Below, in pieces: positions 1-13,692 of a stretch of 64,000 bases of DNA. The position numbers and the translations under genes were made by a program. Numbering within the stretch: the stretch's first letter is position 1; the number at the start of each line of letters is the position of its first letter. Below the pieces are notes generated by a model, which ran no database searches, was not told the DNA's origin, and saw only the letters and a program-made list of their open reading frames with translations. The stretch spans positions 1,145,751-1,209,750 of the forward strand of contig OZ037773.1 of assembly GCA_964035545.1 (NCBI GenBank), in the 5' to 3' direction. This DNA is from Bugula neritina (taxonomy: Eukaryota; Animalia; Bryozoa).

Positions 1-817
1 CCTTTAGGGATAACTCCAGCTTCTCTCTCTCACCATTATCAGCACTGAGCAGTTTCACTTGAGAAGACAACTACCACAATGTTTTTTTCATTGCTGGATA
101 ATAATGTAAAGTCATTAAGTTTTTTACAAAACTGTACAAGAGCCTGTGTATACAGGTTTCCAAATCACAACACTAACATGTGAGCTGCTTTAACATATAG
201 CCATTATGATACTTCCAGTTTGCTCTCAAACTATCAGCAAATTAACAGAAAATCTTTGCTGCTGATTACACTTTTTTCACCATTTCACACCTAATATCTT
301 TAGACCCTGGCTGCCGAACAAATAACTGATTTAGATAGCCGCTTATGGATTGGATTGGATTGAGTCATTTGAATAATCTACAACTGTTTGGCCAGGTAGA
401 AACGTGTCTACACAAGTGAATTCACTCCAGCAGTATTACAATAGCAAAACTCAAAGCATTTGTACAGACCTTTAGGGATAACTCCAGCTTGTCTCCCTCA
501 CCAACCATTAGAGCGCTGAAGAGTTTCACTTGAGAAGACAACTACCACAATGTTTTTTCATTGCTGAATAATAATGTAAAGTTAATAAGTTTATTACAAA
601 ATTGTACAAGAGCCTATGTATACAGGTTTCCAAATCACAACACCAACATGTGAAGTGCTTTAACAAATAGCCATTATGATACTTCCAGTTTGCTCTCAAA
701 CGATCAGCAAATTAACAGAAAACCTTTGCTGCTGATTATACTTTTTTCATCATTTCACACTTCATATCTTTAGACCATGACTGCTGGACAAATAGCCGAT
801 TTAGATAACAGCTTATG
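1..817. repeat. Tandem duplication of a ~468-bp unit; the second copy is truncated and the array may continue left of the window
   Basis: cctttagggataactccagctt occurs at 1 and 469. The two copies stay alignable until about 348 and 817. Confidence 0.9.
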
Positions 818-1817
818 CAAGGAAAATTTAGCCTTTTGTTCGAAAGGTCAAAAGTTCACTCAAATTGTTTTATCTAATATGCTCATATAAAGTCTCTAAC
901 CATTGCTCTTTCTTATGTGTTTACAAAAAGCTTTCAACACTCTTAAATTTAACATTGAAAGAATATAGTGCATATAACAAAAGTTACGCAATGATTTTTC
1001 AGAAGCATGCATTTTGCACTTGAACTTGCAAACTCTTTTATAAGTAGCAGATGACAGATGATGAAGTTGATTCACACCTCTGATTGGCTAAGTTCCACAT
1101 GGCCTAATGACAATGTAAATTGTCTCTAAGTTATTATAAAGCAATTATTCATTCATTACACTTGCACAAAATGTCATATGAAAATATAACAAGCAACAAA
1201 GCTATTATTCGATACCAAGCCCTTAAAATGTTCATAGTTTAGTTTGTCTTGAGCCTAAAGACATGTAGATAAACTTCTTTGGTAGGCTTGTTTCTACGGC
1301 AACCAACACTTTTCCTATCAAAGTGTTATCAGCAACAAAAAGTATATCGGGAATAGTAAAGTTCTTATATCTGTAGCAAAAGCACAACTGCAATAAATGT
1401 TATTTTCCAACAACCTAAAATTGTTAAAGATGAAGTGCCATCTGCCACATGCAAAGCCATAATCATGCAAGACAAAATGATATCTGCAGCAAAAATTTAG
1501 AAATTAGAATAGTCTATTGTCTCAGGCAGTAACAAATGCAACAATGACAAAAGTTTTATAATATATTAATGCAGGCCCTAAACCTGTGAACGGAAAGAGT
1601 CAAGACAATTTTATTCATATTCTTTTACCTTCTAGCTCAACACAATGTTTTGGAAATCAAAATTATTTATTTTTCACATTTTTTAAGTGCTCCCTTTGTG
1701 ACCTCACCTGATCTCAAACCACATCTTCCAATGCGTGCTTCCTCAGTGGATCTTACTCCAGCAGCACTACAGTCATCTAATGCAGTCTAATTGTCATGGC
1801 AGCGTATAAACAGTCAG

Positions 1818-1831
1818 GTTGTCATGGCAAC
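1818..1831. promoter_or_regulatory. Candidate RFX X-box GTTGTCATGGCAAC; weaker copies at 1290-1303 and 1790-1803
   Basis: Near-palindromic match to the GTTNCCATGGCAAC-type X-box consensus. Confidence 0.4.
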
Positions 1832-2851
1832 TCATGCGCAGCCATTATAGGGGAGAAGGCAAGAGAGACAATCTCCTCCTTAGGTGAATCCTCTAAGAAG
1901 TCTTGACGCCACTGAGAGAAACCAAGCCCATCACCATGCCACCACAACTACACAACATTTCATTTAGTATAACCATAGGCAATGTCTGCCAATTGTCAGT
2001 AAGAAGTAGCTCTTGGGTGTCATGATGCGAGATTTGACATTGTTGGTTTGAATCTAGAACGTCAAGAAACAACCAGATCATCTACTGCAATTTTCACCAA
2101 CAAGTAGACATGGTATGTAGGAAGATAACTGCCAACTTTTTTTCAAGAAAATTAGTTGGGAAAAGTTGTACTTGAATACTATCTTAACTCTTACAGTACC
2201 AATGTTCAACTACTGATTGTTCATTTATGCCATTTCAAAATATCTATAATCATTGAGTAAAAAAATATCAAAATCAAATAAAACGAACCAAAAAACTGAT
2301 AAATTGGTATCTTCATTTTAGAAAACGTTTTCACTTTTTTTTCATTTTAGCCAATGGCTGAACAGTAAGAAACATTTTAATATAAAATCTTTTGAGATGC
2401 AGAGCTAGGATGGTAACTGAATAAGTGGGAAGTAAATGGCCAGGCATCTTTATGCCTATATTATTTACCAGCCCAGCACTGCACTTTCAAACAGATATAC
2501 AGTACATGGTTGATAGCAAGCAGCCTGCACTTCCATTGAGATTCTTAGTTGTATAACTGACATCTAAGAAGGCTAACTATAGATGATAGCTATTTCTGCT
2601 CAATTGGAAGTCATTAATTAAACTGGGCCCTACTCTTCATTTTATTGGACTAGTTAAGAAGTTCTGCACACCCACCCTCAATCAGTTAGCGTAGTGGTTG
2701 TGACACCAACTAGTTGTGAGCTATGCTAATGGTTGTAGTTACCAGTTAAGAAGTGAACTGTATTTTGTATATAAGTTGCAACACTTTGTATACAGAAACA
2801 GTCATTAGCTGGTTTATCTATGGAACATCTGCTGGTGGGGTACTAGACATC

Positions 2852-4565
2852 ATGGAGAAATACTCAGTTCAGGTAGACCTACACAGAAGCAGAGTGAAAG
2901 CTCTTACTGCCATGCTAGCTTTCACTTGGGTGGTATTACTAAGTTTGATAGCTTGCAATGTCATCTTCTGGCAGGCTGGCCGACTGGGCACTTGCTCTCC
3001 TGTGTCATCCTCAATAGCCAATAACACTGCAGCTGTAAGTATCTGGTAACTGGACAAATCTTAATTATTTATTAACTATTTGAATAATTAATGACTCAGG
3101 GCAAATGATGATCATTTCTTAAGCTTGACTTCAAATTTGAAATAATTTTAACATGCATATATCTTATTTCAAATGTTCTAAGAGATCTAAATTTATGCAA
3201 ATTTTTTTTGTTTTGCCATCCTACAAAATATTATATTTTTATGACTGTATTGGAATCGCTATAATAATTACTATAGGGCCTATTAAGTTGCGATTACATA
3301 TGTTTAAATGTGATTAAAAATTTTTTTTTTCTTTTTATTGCTTTAGAATGTTGAATTAGGGCAACAACTCCAGATAAAGGCAGAAGTGATAAGCAGGGTA
3401 AAGAGGGGAGATGACGATGATGACCGAGAAGTAAATACCTATATAGATTACTTTCTATTTCACGCTTTAAGCTTTCTCTTTCTTTTGCGTAATCGCTTTA
3501 AATTCTAATGAGATTTAAAAATTCTGAAACATTAATTGCAGTGTTGTTACTCAATTCCAGGGCACCTGTTAACTGAACTAAAATACTAATGTTGACATGA
3601 TTAATTTGCACATTCTTATAAGGACACTGAATAGTCCTGAGATATTATTAATTGACCTCCATTATTCAAAGAAGAAAAACCATTAAGAAAATTATTCTGT
3701 AGTAATATGGGTTGGCCTATATAGTGTCAACATGCTGGAATTTTAATTGTTATGTTGAAAGATCGCATTACACTAATGTATTATGATATTTATATACTAA
3801 TATGTAATTTTTTATTGGCAGATGACACACCTTTATTTTGAATGCTAGCTGTTTGAATACAACTTAAAAAACTGTTTTACAAGCATTATTTTGTTTTAAT
3901 TACATTAAGCTGCGCATAGCATTACTCATAGCAGTGGGTGCATCACTCCAGCCTGTGCTCTCAAAAAACCTTTCAGCAACTGAGGTCTGCAAGCAAGTTT
4001 GACTCAAAAATTGACAATAAGGCCCCAGGCTATGCCAATGATCATTATATGGCAGCTAGAGAGGAATTTAGATTGGAGAGGAATTCATCATGCAGCTGAT
4101 GTACTTGTACAACCACTTGGCATAACTTCCATGTGCCGCCCTGTAAACCTTGGAAGATATATTCAACATGTCAACATAACGCTTTCTGGCCCATGAATAA
4201 ATTAGTCATTTTTTTGCCTTCACTTGAAATTTTCTTCCATTCAGCTAAAAATTAGAATCAGTTTTTATTCACATTGTATTTCTCATAAGATAGATATACT
4301 ACTAGAGCAAAGGGAGTAGCTTTTATTTGTGTCTGGTAACTGTTCAAGATATTTTCTTTAGATCTTTGGAACTCATGGGTTTTGTCGAATTGTCCAACAC
4401 ACTTCCTGTAGTCTCTTCAGAAGAAAGAGATCTGAAGATGACAGAAAGGTATATGTATGCACTCCGTATGTCAATGAAAAATCTGCCGCAGGAGCTATGA
4501 AAGTTGGAAATGGAGTTGGGGGAGTGAGCTGCTACCCCCGTGCTATGATTGTTTGCGGAGAATAA
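2852..4565 (+). CDS. Uncharacterised type II membrane-anchored/secreted cysteine-peptide precursor, copy A (156 aa; exons 2852-3034, 3347-3430, 4362-4565)
   Basis: Canonical GT/AG phase-0 introns. Hydrophobic anchor ALTAMLAFTWVVLLSLIACNVIFW, then RVKR|GDDDDDRE, CRIVQHTSC, RRKR, VYVC and CYPRAMIVCGE*. Homologous to copies B and C. Confidence 0.8.
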
Positions 4566-5038
4566 GAATAGGGCAGCAGCTGACAGTTGCTTTTTATATG
4601 ACTGAATATTATTTATAAATAGCTGATTTCTCCTCTTTTTATACATAGGTTATTTTTTCTATTTTTGCCGATTTCCATGTTTCCTAAACTTTTTGTTTTG
4701 TTAAATAAATAGCCTCAAAAATTTAACCATATTATTTTGCAGTATCTCTACACTATATCTCTTTTCTATCTCTATTTTATATATCACTATTTCACATCTA
4801 TCCTATAACTTATGTCCCATTTCTGTTCTACACTATATCTATATCAAATAGCTATTCTATTTATATTATTTCTATATCTATTCTATCTCTATTCTGTATC
4901 TAAATCATATATTTGTTTTATTCTATTAGCACATACAACTTCATTTCTTGAGTTAAAACGTTTCACAAGGTGAGGCAACTGCTATAATTCAGACTCTACA
5001 CACTAATTAAAGGTTTCAAAATCTTCTAATTAAAAACA

Positions 5039-5260
5039 CTCACGAAAGTTTATAGTCGTTATCTCTGTGAGAAATCCCTGATGGATAGGGTTTTTGTTAA
5101 AGCAAGATAAGGACTTAATTTAAATGAGGCACAGGAGCAACTATGACTGGATGCTCTTCCTAACATCACCAATGGCCTTTGTCCGGGCTCGAACCTATGA
5201 CCCCGTGTTTACTAGGCAAACTCGCTCTAACCCCTAGGGCCTAGACCATGACAGCTCCCT
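5039..5260 (-). mobile_element. tRNA-derived SINE
   Basis: The reverse complement aligns with 10741-10951. B-box-like ggttcgagcc and a ggaagagcatcc core are present. Confidence 0.8.
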
Positions 5261-5660
5261 CTTCAACATCTTCTAATTAGATAAGTTTTTAAAGAAATAG
5301 ACAGCTCATTCTCAAATTAATGATTTCCAACTCAACTCACTTCGTTCTAACTGTAAAACAGCTAGACAAAACATCTAGTAAAAAAGGTATGCAAAACATA
5401 GAGCTGAGAGCATAACTCCTAATCAATATGTAGTGTAGTAAGTTAATAGTTATCTTTTTATAGCACTAGTGTGAGTTGAGTGTGTAACTTCAAGTTAAGG
5501 CTGTGTTTTGAACTTGAAGATATATAGCAAAATAAATGCAATATCATGAGATGAACCCATATTTGTTATGTAAATTTATTTGCTTATCACAAACAATAGC
5601 ATCAGCAAAACAACATGCACCTTAGCATTAAACCTGATGCAAGAAGGCTGTTTATATATT

Positions 5661-6044
<384 letters not shown>

Positions 6045-6262
6045 CAAAGTCAGTATGTCCAACTAAATCAAACCTGCGGAAAATTTATAAAAATAGCTCA
6101 AAAATGAAAAACCCTGTCATTGAATTATATTTAATCGACTGCGAAAAATTCTATTCAGTTATATGAGAGTTAATGTCTTTCAAAAAATAATTATAGTAGC
6201 ACTTTTGTACTGCTATAAATGAATGAATAGAATTAAAAAAATTAGTATAAAAGCCTATAATT

Positions 6263-8481
6263 CTACGCAGCACATGTAACTACAGCTCGGGGTATGCAGG
6301 CCCCACCCCCAACTATGTTGTTATTTTCAGTGTCATAGTTTACTGTCAACTTTTCGTCATTGTCCGCTAGAGATAAAGAAGGGCTGCAGGTAAACACTTC
6401 CTCTGGATCATCACTCTTCTGATCAGTAGATCTCCTTTTTCTGTATCCACACGCTGTTTCATAAACAACTCGGCAGGAGCGGAATGAGTTTGCCGTCTGC
6501 ATAAAAAAAGAAAAGTTTTGGCTTTCACAATACCTACTTCAATTAAGATTAGAAAGAGGTTACGAGCCAATAGTTTTCTGACATGTTAGTCTGCGGTAGT
6601 ACAAGTTCAAGGTAAAGAAGTTTTCCAAACTAAATCCAAGCAAAGTGCAGTGTAATATAAATAACAATCTATAAAATATAATTTCAAACGTAAGTTTACT
6701 CTTTACAACAACCGAAACAAGCATTTAAACTTGACACTGATAGTTAAATTAACAACACACGCAACTCCAAACTTCAAATGTCACATTATGATTGAACTGG
6801 TGCAATTTAAAAACAGACAATTTTCATTTTAAGATCAAATTTCATTGAAAATAGTTTTCAAGAAAACTGCAAGTTGACTTTTAAAAGCGTTAATCGTAAG
6901 ATGTGATATCAGAGTTTAGTTTTTGCCAGACAACTTCTGCATTATACATGTATTTCATATATACTATAAGGAATCTCACTCACCCCCCTGTCATCTTTAT
7001 CATCTCCTCTCTTTACTCTTTCCAGTATCCTTTGACCTTCTTCAAACTTATTTCTCAATTCATCTTTCTAAAAAATTGAAACCAATTCAAAAATCTTGAG
7101 AAACACATGATAATTGTAAGAATTAGATTATATGGCTGTAGCATACTAATATTATAATTGAAGAATGACTGCTTTTACCTGCAACATACTATAGTTGCAT
7201 ACTTGCTGCTTTTACCTACAGCATAGCAGTTTTAGTCTTTGCAGTAACGCTATTGTGCAAAGTATGCAAATAAAATGAGACATAAGTGCAGTTTGCCCTT
7301 ATTTTCTTTAAATATTGCCAGTTTTCTATCAACAGTATTATATTGCAGTGGTCAAATTTAGGGGGTTATAAAGGGTAGCCCTTTCTTTTTTCCTTGAGGT
7401 GCCATAAATTTAACAGTATACCCTCACCATACTACCCCACTGCATTCAATAATATATGTGGAATAAGTTATTAAATGGTGAAACTCTATGTAATGTCAAA
7501 AGCCAAAGCACACAGGCTATTATAGCCAATGCCATTAAATTCACTTTAACAGCTTCACAAATAAACAGTTTCTCCATAAACTCACCAAGTTAATTTTTTG
7601 GTTCTATGTGTGTCATTCATGCTTGCTCAGTTTGTAAAAATGTGAAGTTGTAACACAATTAATTATTTTCACCAAATGAGTATCAATACAATAATTCATT
7701 TTCTTTGTAAAAGGACTCAACAATAAACCATTTATTGCTTATAGAGATGCAATACAAACTAACTATATTTATGTTTCGTATTTTAGAACTGTCACTTATT
7801 CACTTGATCCTATTCATTTTTCTAGTTGAGTTTAGCCCTACACTTTATTAAAATTGCATGCAGTCTGAAATAAGTGACAAATTCAAATAACATGTGATTG
7901 CCCAGGAAGGTAATTTACTTTCCCCACACCCTACTTCATTTGATTGAGGAACATGTCTCCAATGCCATCTTAAGTACTAGGGTGATTATCTATTTTATTT
8001 TCAAGATTCCTCCATCATTCTTTCTAGACTCTGACCACATAATAGAGTGATAAATCTTATTCAAAGAATTTAGAGCCCAGGCTAAGCCTAAACAACCAGG
8101 TGTTGGTTTGCGGTAAATAAAATCCCCATTTTTTGCAACTTATTCTGAAGGCAACTTAAATTTCCTAATATTTTATTAAATTCATTAGAACAATGCAAAA
8201 TATTAAAAACTTAGTTTACAGAGATTGCTATCACTAACATACGAGTAGTCCACAGGAATGTGTGCTACTGTATTCTACACCATACTCACAGCTTTGTTGG
8301 TGACCAGTCTCGTTGGTGCTAGAGATATTTCCTGGCTGGAATTTGTCAAGCGCCAGTACAAATGTATGTTGAAGCCTACTAGGCAAAGTAAAGCTATCCA
8401 AGTAGCAGCTAATGCTAAATTAAGTCTTTTGACTTTCTGTTTATAGGCTTCAATTTGTGCAGAGTCTTTCTCCAAGTCCAT
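6263..8481 (-). CDS. Uncharacterised cysteine-peptide precursor, copy B (169 aa; exons 8481-8290, 7067-6984, 6496-6263)
   Basis: Same three-exon, phase-0 structure and same 84-nt middle exon as copy A. Anchor LNLALAATWIALLCLVGFNIHLYW, then RVKR|GDDKDDRG, CRVVYETAC, RKRR, VFTC and CIPRAVVTCAA*. Confidence 0.8.
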
Positions 8482-9189
8482 CCTCTGTTCTTTGATCTCT
8501 GTATGGACTGACTCCAGAGATATGAAGCTATGCTATTGCAGCCTTTCAACTTTTATTTGCAGTCATATACCTTTCAGTTTAGGACATCATTATCATTATT
8601 TTTACATACTAATTGCAGTGATCTAGGGGTGGAGGTAACCACTAGTAGTAGCTAAAGCTATCTAGCTAGTTTAATGGGCGACGGCACACCTTAATTGATT
8701 GCTTCCAATCTAGCTACAGATTTTAATAGGCAATGTAAAGACACGCAGTAGTATTGCATTGTCACAGCACTTGGAGTGCTATAATTAGTTGCCAAAGGCT
8801 ATAATTAACACAATAAAACTAATAGTATGACCTCAAATATATACAGTAGCTATTAACAACTTTTCAGCTGTATACTTGAATTTGTTTTGCCAAAAGTAAT
8901 ACCAGAAGTAATAACTTAAATCTTCTTCTATTCAATTGGTGCACGTATTATGTTGTTTTAAGATTTGCATTCGGTCTGCTTGCAATGTAACAGAACAGTC
9001 ACTGAGGATCAATATGACAAAACAGAATATGCATAAGCTGTTAGACCTTTGGCCAGCCAACAAACTGAGGAGATGCAAGCAGAGCCTGGCATATGGTGGC
9101 CGCATGTATGGTATAGAGTTAATTGGCAAAGAAAGAAATTTAAGCAAGTGATGTGAAGACTTGATAGATCCCTCAACAACTTGAATGTT

Positions 9190-9375
9190 TTGTGTTCATT
9201 TAAAATCTTCATCTTTGTGTTAGGAATTCTCAAGTGAGCCGAGAAGTATGTTGTGGCACAGAAACAATTGTGACCAGCTGCTCTTCCTGACATCATTACT
9301 AGCCCTGCCAAGATTCGAACTCTTGACCTGAGCTCTAACCAATTGACTGTTCCTATAAGAGCCATCTGCGCTCAA
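9190..9375 (-). mobile_element. Diverged tRNA-derived SINE of a related subfamily
   Basis: The minus strand reads ggttagagc...gagttcgaatc...gatgtcaggaagagcagc, sharing the head and core of the 10741 element. Confidence 0.55.
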
Positions 9376-9779
9376 ATGAAAAAATTGCAAAAACTGTCAT
9401 TAATTGAGATCATGTTAGTTTTAGCAATTCAGTTTGTTTGTCTAGGCTTATATACTTGTATATGCTCCAAAAATACCTCCATGTGCTATATACATCAATC
9501 ATATATATGTTATATATTTTTAATATGTAATATATTATGCTTTCATATCATATATTTTATGCATATAATATGTGTAATATACTATATACTTTCATATGTT
9601 CTATTCTATGACATTTTATGTTATATAGTATATGCATAATATTATAATAATTGTTTGAACTACAAGTCATTATTAAAACACTCATGCTCAGGTTTTACTA
9701 CAGTAAGACTTTCTTTAGATTCCATAATATAGTTAATTTTAATAAAGTCTAAAGTAATTATGTGCAGTTAACAGTATGC

Positions 9780-10365
9780 AGGGTGTAGTGTGCAGTGTTT
9801 AACATGCAGTGTGTAAAAGTGTACTTTGTAGAGTCTATAATGTGTAGCCTGTAGTGTTTAGCGTATATTGTGTAGTGTGTAGTGTATAGTGTGTAGTGTA
9901 TAGTGTGTAGTGTGTAGTGTGTAGTGTGTAGTGTGTAATGTGTAGTGTGTAGTGTGTAGTGTGTAGTGTGTAGCGTGTAGTGTGTAGTGTGTAGCCTGTA
10001 GTGTGTAGCGTGTAGGGTGTAGTGTGTAGTGTGTAGTGTGTAGTGTGTAGTGTGTAGTGTGTAGTGTGTAGTGTGTAGTGTGTAGTGTGTAGTGTGTAGT
10101 GTGTAGTGTGTAGTGTGTAGTGTGTAGTGTGTAGTGTGTAGTGTGTAGTGTGTAGTGTCCGGTGTGTAGTGTCCGGTGTGTAGTGTGCAGTGTTTAACAT
10201 GCAGTGTGTAGTGTGTACTTTGTAGAGTCTATAATGTGCAGCCTGTAGTGTGTAGTGTGCAATGTTTACTGTACAGTGTTTAGTGTGTACTAGGTAGTGT
10301 ATAATGTGTAGCCTGTAGTGTGTACTTGGAGGTGTTTAACATGCAGTGTGTAGTGTGTAGGCTGT
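9780..10365. repeat. (TGTAGTG)n heptamer satellite with degenerate flanks
   Basis: Read directly from the sequence. It accounts for the HTTHYTL ORF. Confidence 0.95.
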
Positions 10366-10740
10366 AGATAATCAAAGTTTTATGATATCATGAGTGACTA
10401 AAGATTTCTAAAATGATAAAGCCTCTCTATTTGAAAGCGTTGAGCAACTTTTATATGCATCTAATAAAGTCGCAGGATGCTTGTGTCTCAAGTATTCAAA
10501 GCTTCATGTAAAAAAATTAAAACAATAATAAATATTTAATATACAATAACTATGGTTTTCACATTTAAATAATTATAAAGTGACTAGCTACGGAATAGAG
10601 TTGCACTCAAAAATGAGATTTAGAAAGTTGATTGAATGCACCCACAAGTTTATCCATGACCCCTAGCAACTTATACCATGATAGCTACCAGTTGCTAGAT
10701 TAAATCTAAGTTATTAAATTCATTAATTACCACTAATAGA

Positions 10741-10951
10741 GGGAGCAGTCGTGGTCTAGGGGTTAGAGCTTTTGCTTTGGAAGGAGAAAGTCATGGGTTC
10801 GAGCCCAACAAAAACTGTTGGTGATGTTAGGAAGAGCATCCAGTCATAGTTTCTCTTGTGCCCCATCTGAATAAGTCCTTAGCCAGATTTAACAAAAATC
10901 CTTTTCTATCAGGGGTTTCTCATAGAGATAGGGACTATAAATTTTCATGAG
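10741..10951 (+). mobile_element. tRNA-derived SINE
   Basis: A-box-like tggtctaggggttag and B-box ggttcgagccc. Three clear copies occur in the window. Confidence 0.8.
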
Positions 10952-11283
10952 GTTTTGAGTTACTACAAGTAACTGTTTTCCTCACTATATAGCTACTGTG
11001 TGCTACATTATATACTCCCGTACTAAAGATCCGTTGTCAGTAACACCTGAAGTATATTAGATGTTGTGAAATTAAAATAAAGAGCATCAAGAACAGTTTG
11101 TTTTGACAATTTTTATTGTAGCACCTTTCAAAGCTTTAAAACATATTTTGAAAGTATATTTCGTAGAAAGAAAATATAAAAAAGTTACAGCTACAAAAAC
11201 TATCTGGCTAAAAAATATAAAAAATAATGTAAGTATGTAGGGCATGTGTTAGAGCTCAACCCTGCTAATTGGTAGACCTAAAG

Positions 11284-13692
11284 CTAGAGATTAGTGTTCT
11301 GTAATTTGTTGAGGTAAATGAAGGCAATCATTGCAAAAATATACATAGTAGAGCCTATGTCAAAAAACAGGCCTGGTGCTACAGGTAAAGTGGCGGTGTA
11401 TAGGTATTTATATATTACAGTGACTACTGCACCAGTTATAGTCTGTAGTATAGCGACGTAGGAAAACACATTCCCAAGTTCACTTTTGTCTACCAGACTT
11501 ATTTGTATGGAACGGTTGACTGCAAAAAATACTGATTGCATCCCATAAAAAGTGGCACCAATCCAAATACTGTAAGGTATGGAGTCAATCGGTATAATTA
11601 ACAGTGCAATGGACATGCTGGCAGATGCCACAAGACCTAAGCGGGGCTGGTCTAGTTTTAAGAATTTTTTGAAAACCCAAATAATAATTGGCCCCCCAAC
11701 TACTTTTATCACATATCCATATGTATTGTACAGAGAGTAAAGAGTCAACGACATTTCTTTCTCTTTTATGAAATACAGGAAGCCAAGAGAATGAGGTCCG
11801 CTGACAGCTGTGAAAGCCAACAAGTAAATTACAAAACATAAGTTTAAGGAGAGGCGCGCGTTTCCCTCTCGCTTTCTAAAAACACATTTAATGGCATCTA
11901 GCATATGATTGAGGCCAATCACATCGCGCCATGTGTACTTCCTGTCTGATTTCACGGTGATGTCAGTGACACATATTAATACAACAGGAAGAGGAAGTAG
12001 TGTAAGTGCCGAGCTGATGTACATCATATTAGCTAAACCTAAGTTGTCTATGATTGGTCCATTAATCAAATATCCTATCATAGCGCCAGCAAGAAATGTT
12101 CCTTCGGTAATGGCCATCGACATGGTCCGGTTTTCTGCTGTTGAAGTGAGTGCGATGTAGCTAAAACTTGACATCAGAACCTGTAGTGCAGGAACTCAGA
12201 ATTACAACATGGTCTAATCGTAACTTTGACTTTGTTCAATATAACTAATCAAAAAACAATTAGCTGCACCTGGAATAACATCTAGACCAACTCAAATTTG
12301 GTCTTAGCATAGTATCTAATAAAATACCCTAATCTCACTAATTTACTCCAATCAGATTTAGCCCAATCGTTTGAAGGACAAACAATTAAATTGGCAGAAA
12401 TTGTTTTTAAGCTTTGGAATATGTTAAAATCGTAGGAATTGATATAATTTTTTTTATCAACCTTTAAAGAAATTTTTTTGTAAATAAGCTATAGCTATAT
12501 TTGTTTTTCTACTTTTTAAAAAAGAATATATAATAATTTATTTCAAACAATAATAAATCTCACATACTTAGTTTTAAGATGGTTTAAAAAATAATTTAAA
12601 CATATATACCTACTAACCATAGAATATGAGCCAAGAAAACTTAGAAGAACAGAGTATCCAAGTACTGAGATCATTGGCCAGTCAACAAACTGAGGAGTTG
12701 CAAGCAGAGCCAGGTATATGGTGGCAACAGCACTACCAACACATGGCAGCATGTATGGTAGCTTATGACCAATCCTGTCACAGTAAGAACTTAGCATGAG
12801 GTTCACTATCACACAGAGTGGAAGGTAGGTGAGGACGTGATAGTTACCCCAAACAGCTACCTGGTCCTAAATTGCAAAACCATAAATATTGCATATAGTT
12901 TATATTTCTTATATACGAAAGATTTCTAAGATCTACAAAATTAAATCATATTTTATTTGCAATAATCTTACTCTGAGATTTTCTAAGAGTGATTCAAATA
13001 AGGATTGTCATGATTTATAAGTACTGATCTGAGTCAGTATAGTCATGAGTTATAAGTTGTAATGTGGGTCAGTATAGTCATGAGTCATAAGTACTAATGT
13101 GGGTCAGTATAGTCATGAGTCATAAGTACTAATGCGAGTCAGTATAGTCATGAGTCATAAGTACTAATCTGAGTCAGTATTGTCATGAGTCATAAGTACT
13201 AATGCGAGTCAGTATAGTCATGAGTCATAGGTACTCAGTTTGTATGAGAACTAAGCACAATAAAGTTTATCATGACGCTGGCTGGTTTGATTGACACATA
13301 TGAAATCTATTATGGTTAATGTGTTTTTGTGAGTTTCTGCTGCATAAACATGCCAATTGAAGAACTAACGCTGTGTAACGACAAACCTGCAGTTCTGGAT
13401 GAAGGACAGAGAAATCAGGATCCGCACACTGCGTCTGGTTTTTGTACTGGAGGTAGCATATCTTGTTGAAAAGCACAGCATCCAAACATATCAAGTTTAC
13501 AGCATATGGGATGAAGAAGAGCAGGTTGCAGACGTACACAGGATACGGAGATGGAGAGAAATTACAGAACAGACTTTTACCCACTGTATACTGTGTCCCT
13601 TCAAACTCTATGATGCTTTCCATGTTACTAGATAGTTTGTTGTTATAATCTACTTTTACCAGTTTTTCATTTGCTGGTTTCTGAGCAGACAT
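11284..13692 (-). CDS. SLC46-family (PCFT-like) MFS transporter, paralog 1 (~483 aa; exons 13692-13387, 12866-12618, 12180-11284)
   Basis: Multiple hydrophobic helices, a Cys pair in loop 1 (KICYLQYKNQTQC), the loop 2-3 motif SYCDRIGHKLP, RTMSMAITEG and RSIQISLVDKSELG. Splicing is in frame. Confidence 0.85.
13018..13237. repeat. 35-bp minisatellite, about 6 copies, intronic
   Basis: gagtcagtatagtcatgagtcataagtactaatgc recurs at 13031, 13066, 13101, 13136, 13171 and 13206. Confidence 0.92.

Noticed and set aside
1890-2130. Possible LINE RT relic (..LPIVSK..)
   Set aside because: The similarity is too short and degraded to support a call.
7347-7442. CAGTGG...CCACTG possible MITE
   Set aside because: Only 6-bp ends and no matching TSD.
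9835-10200. HTTHYTL repeat ORF
   Set aside because: Translation of the heptamer satellite.
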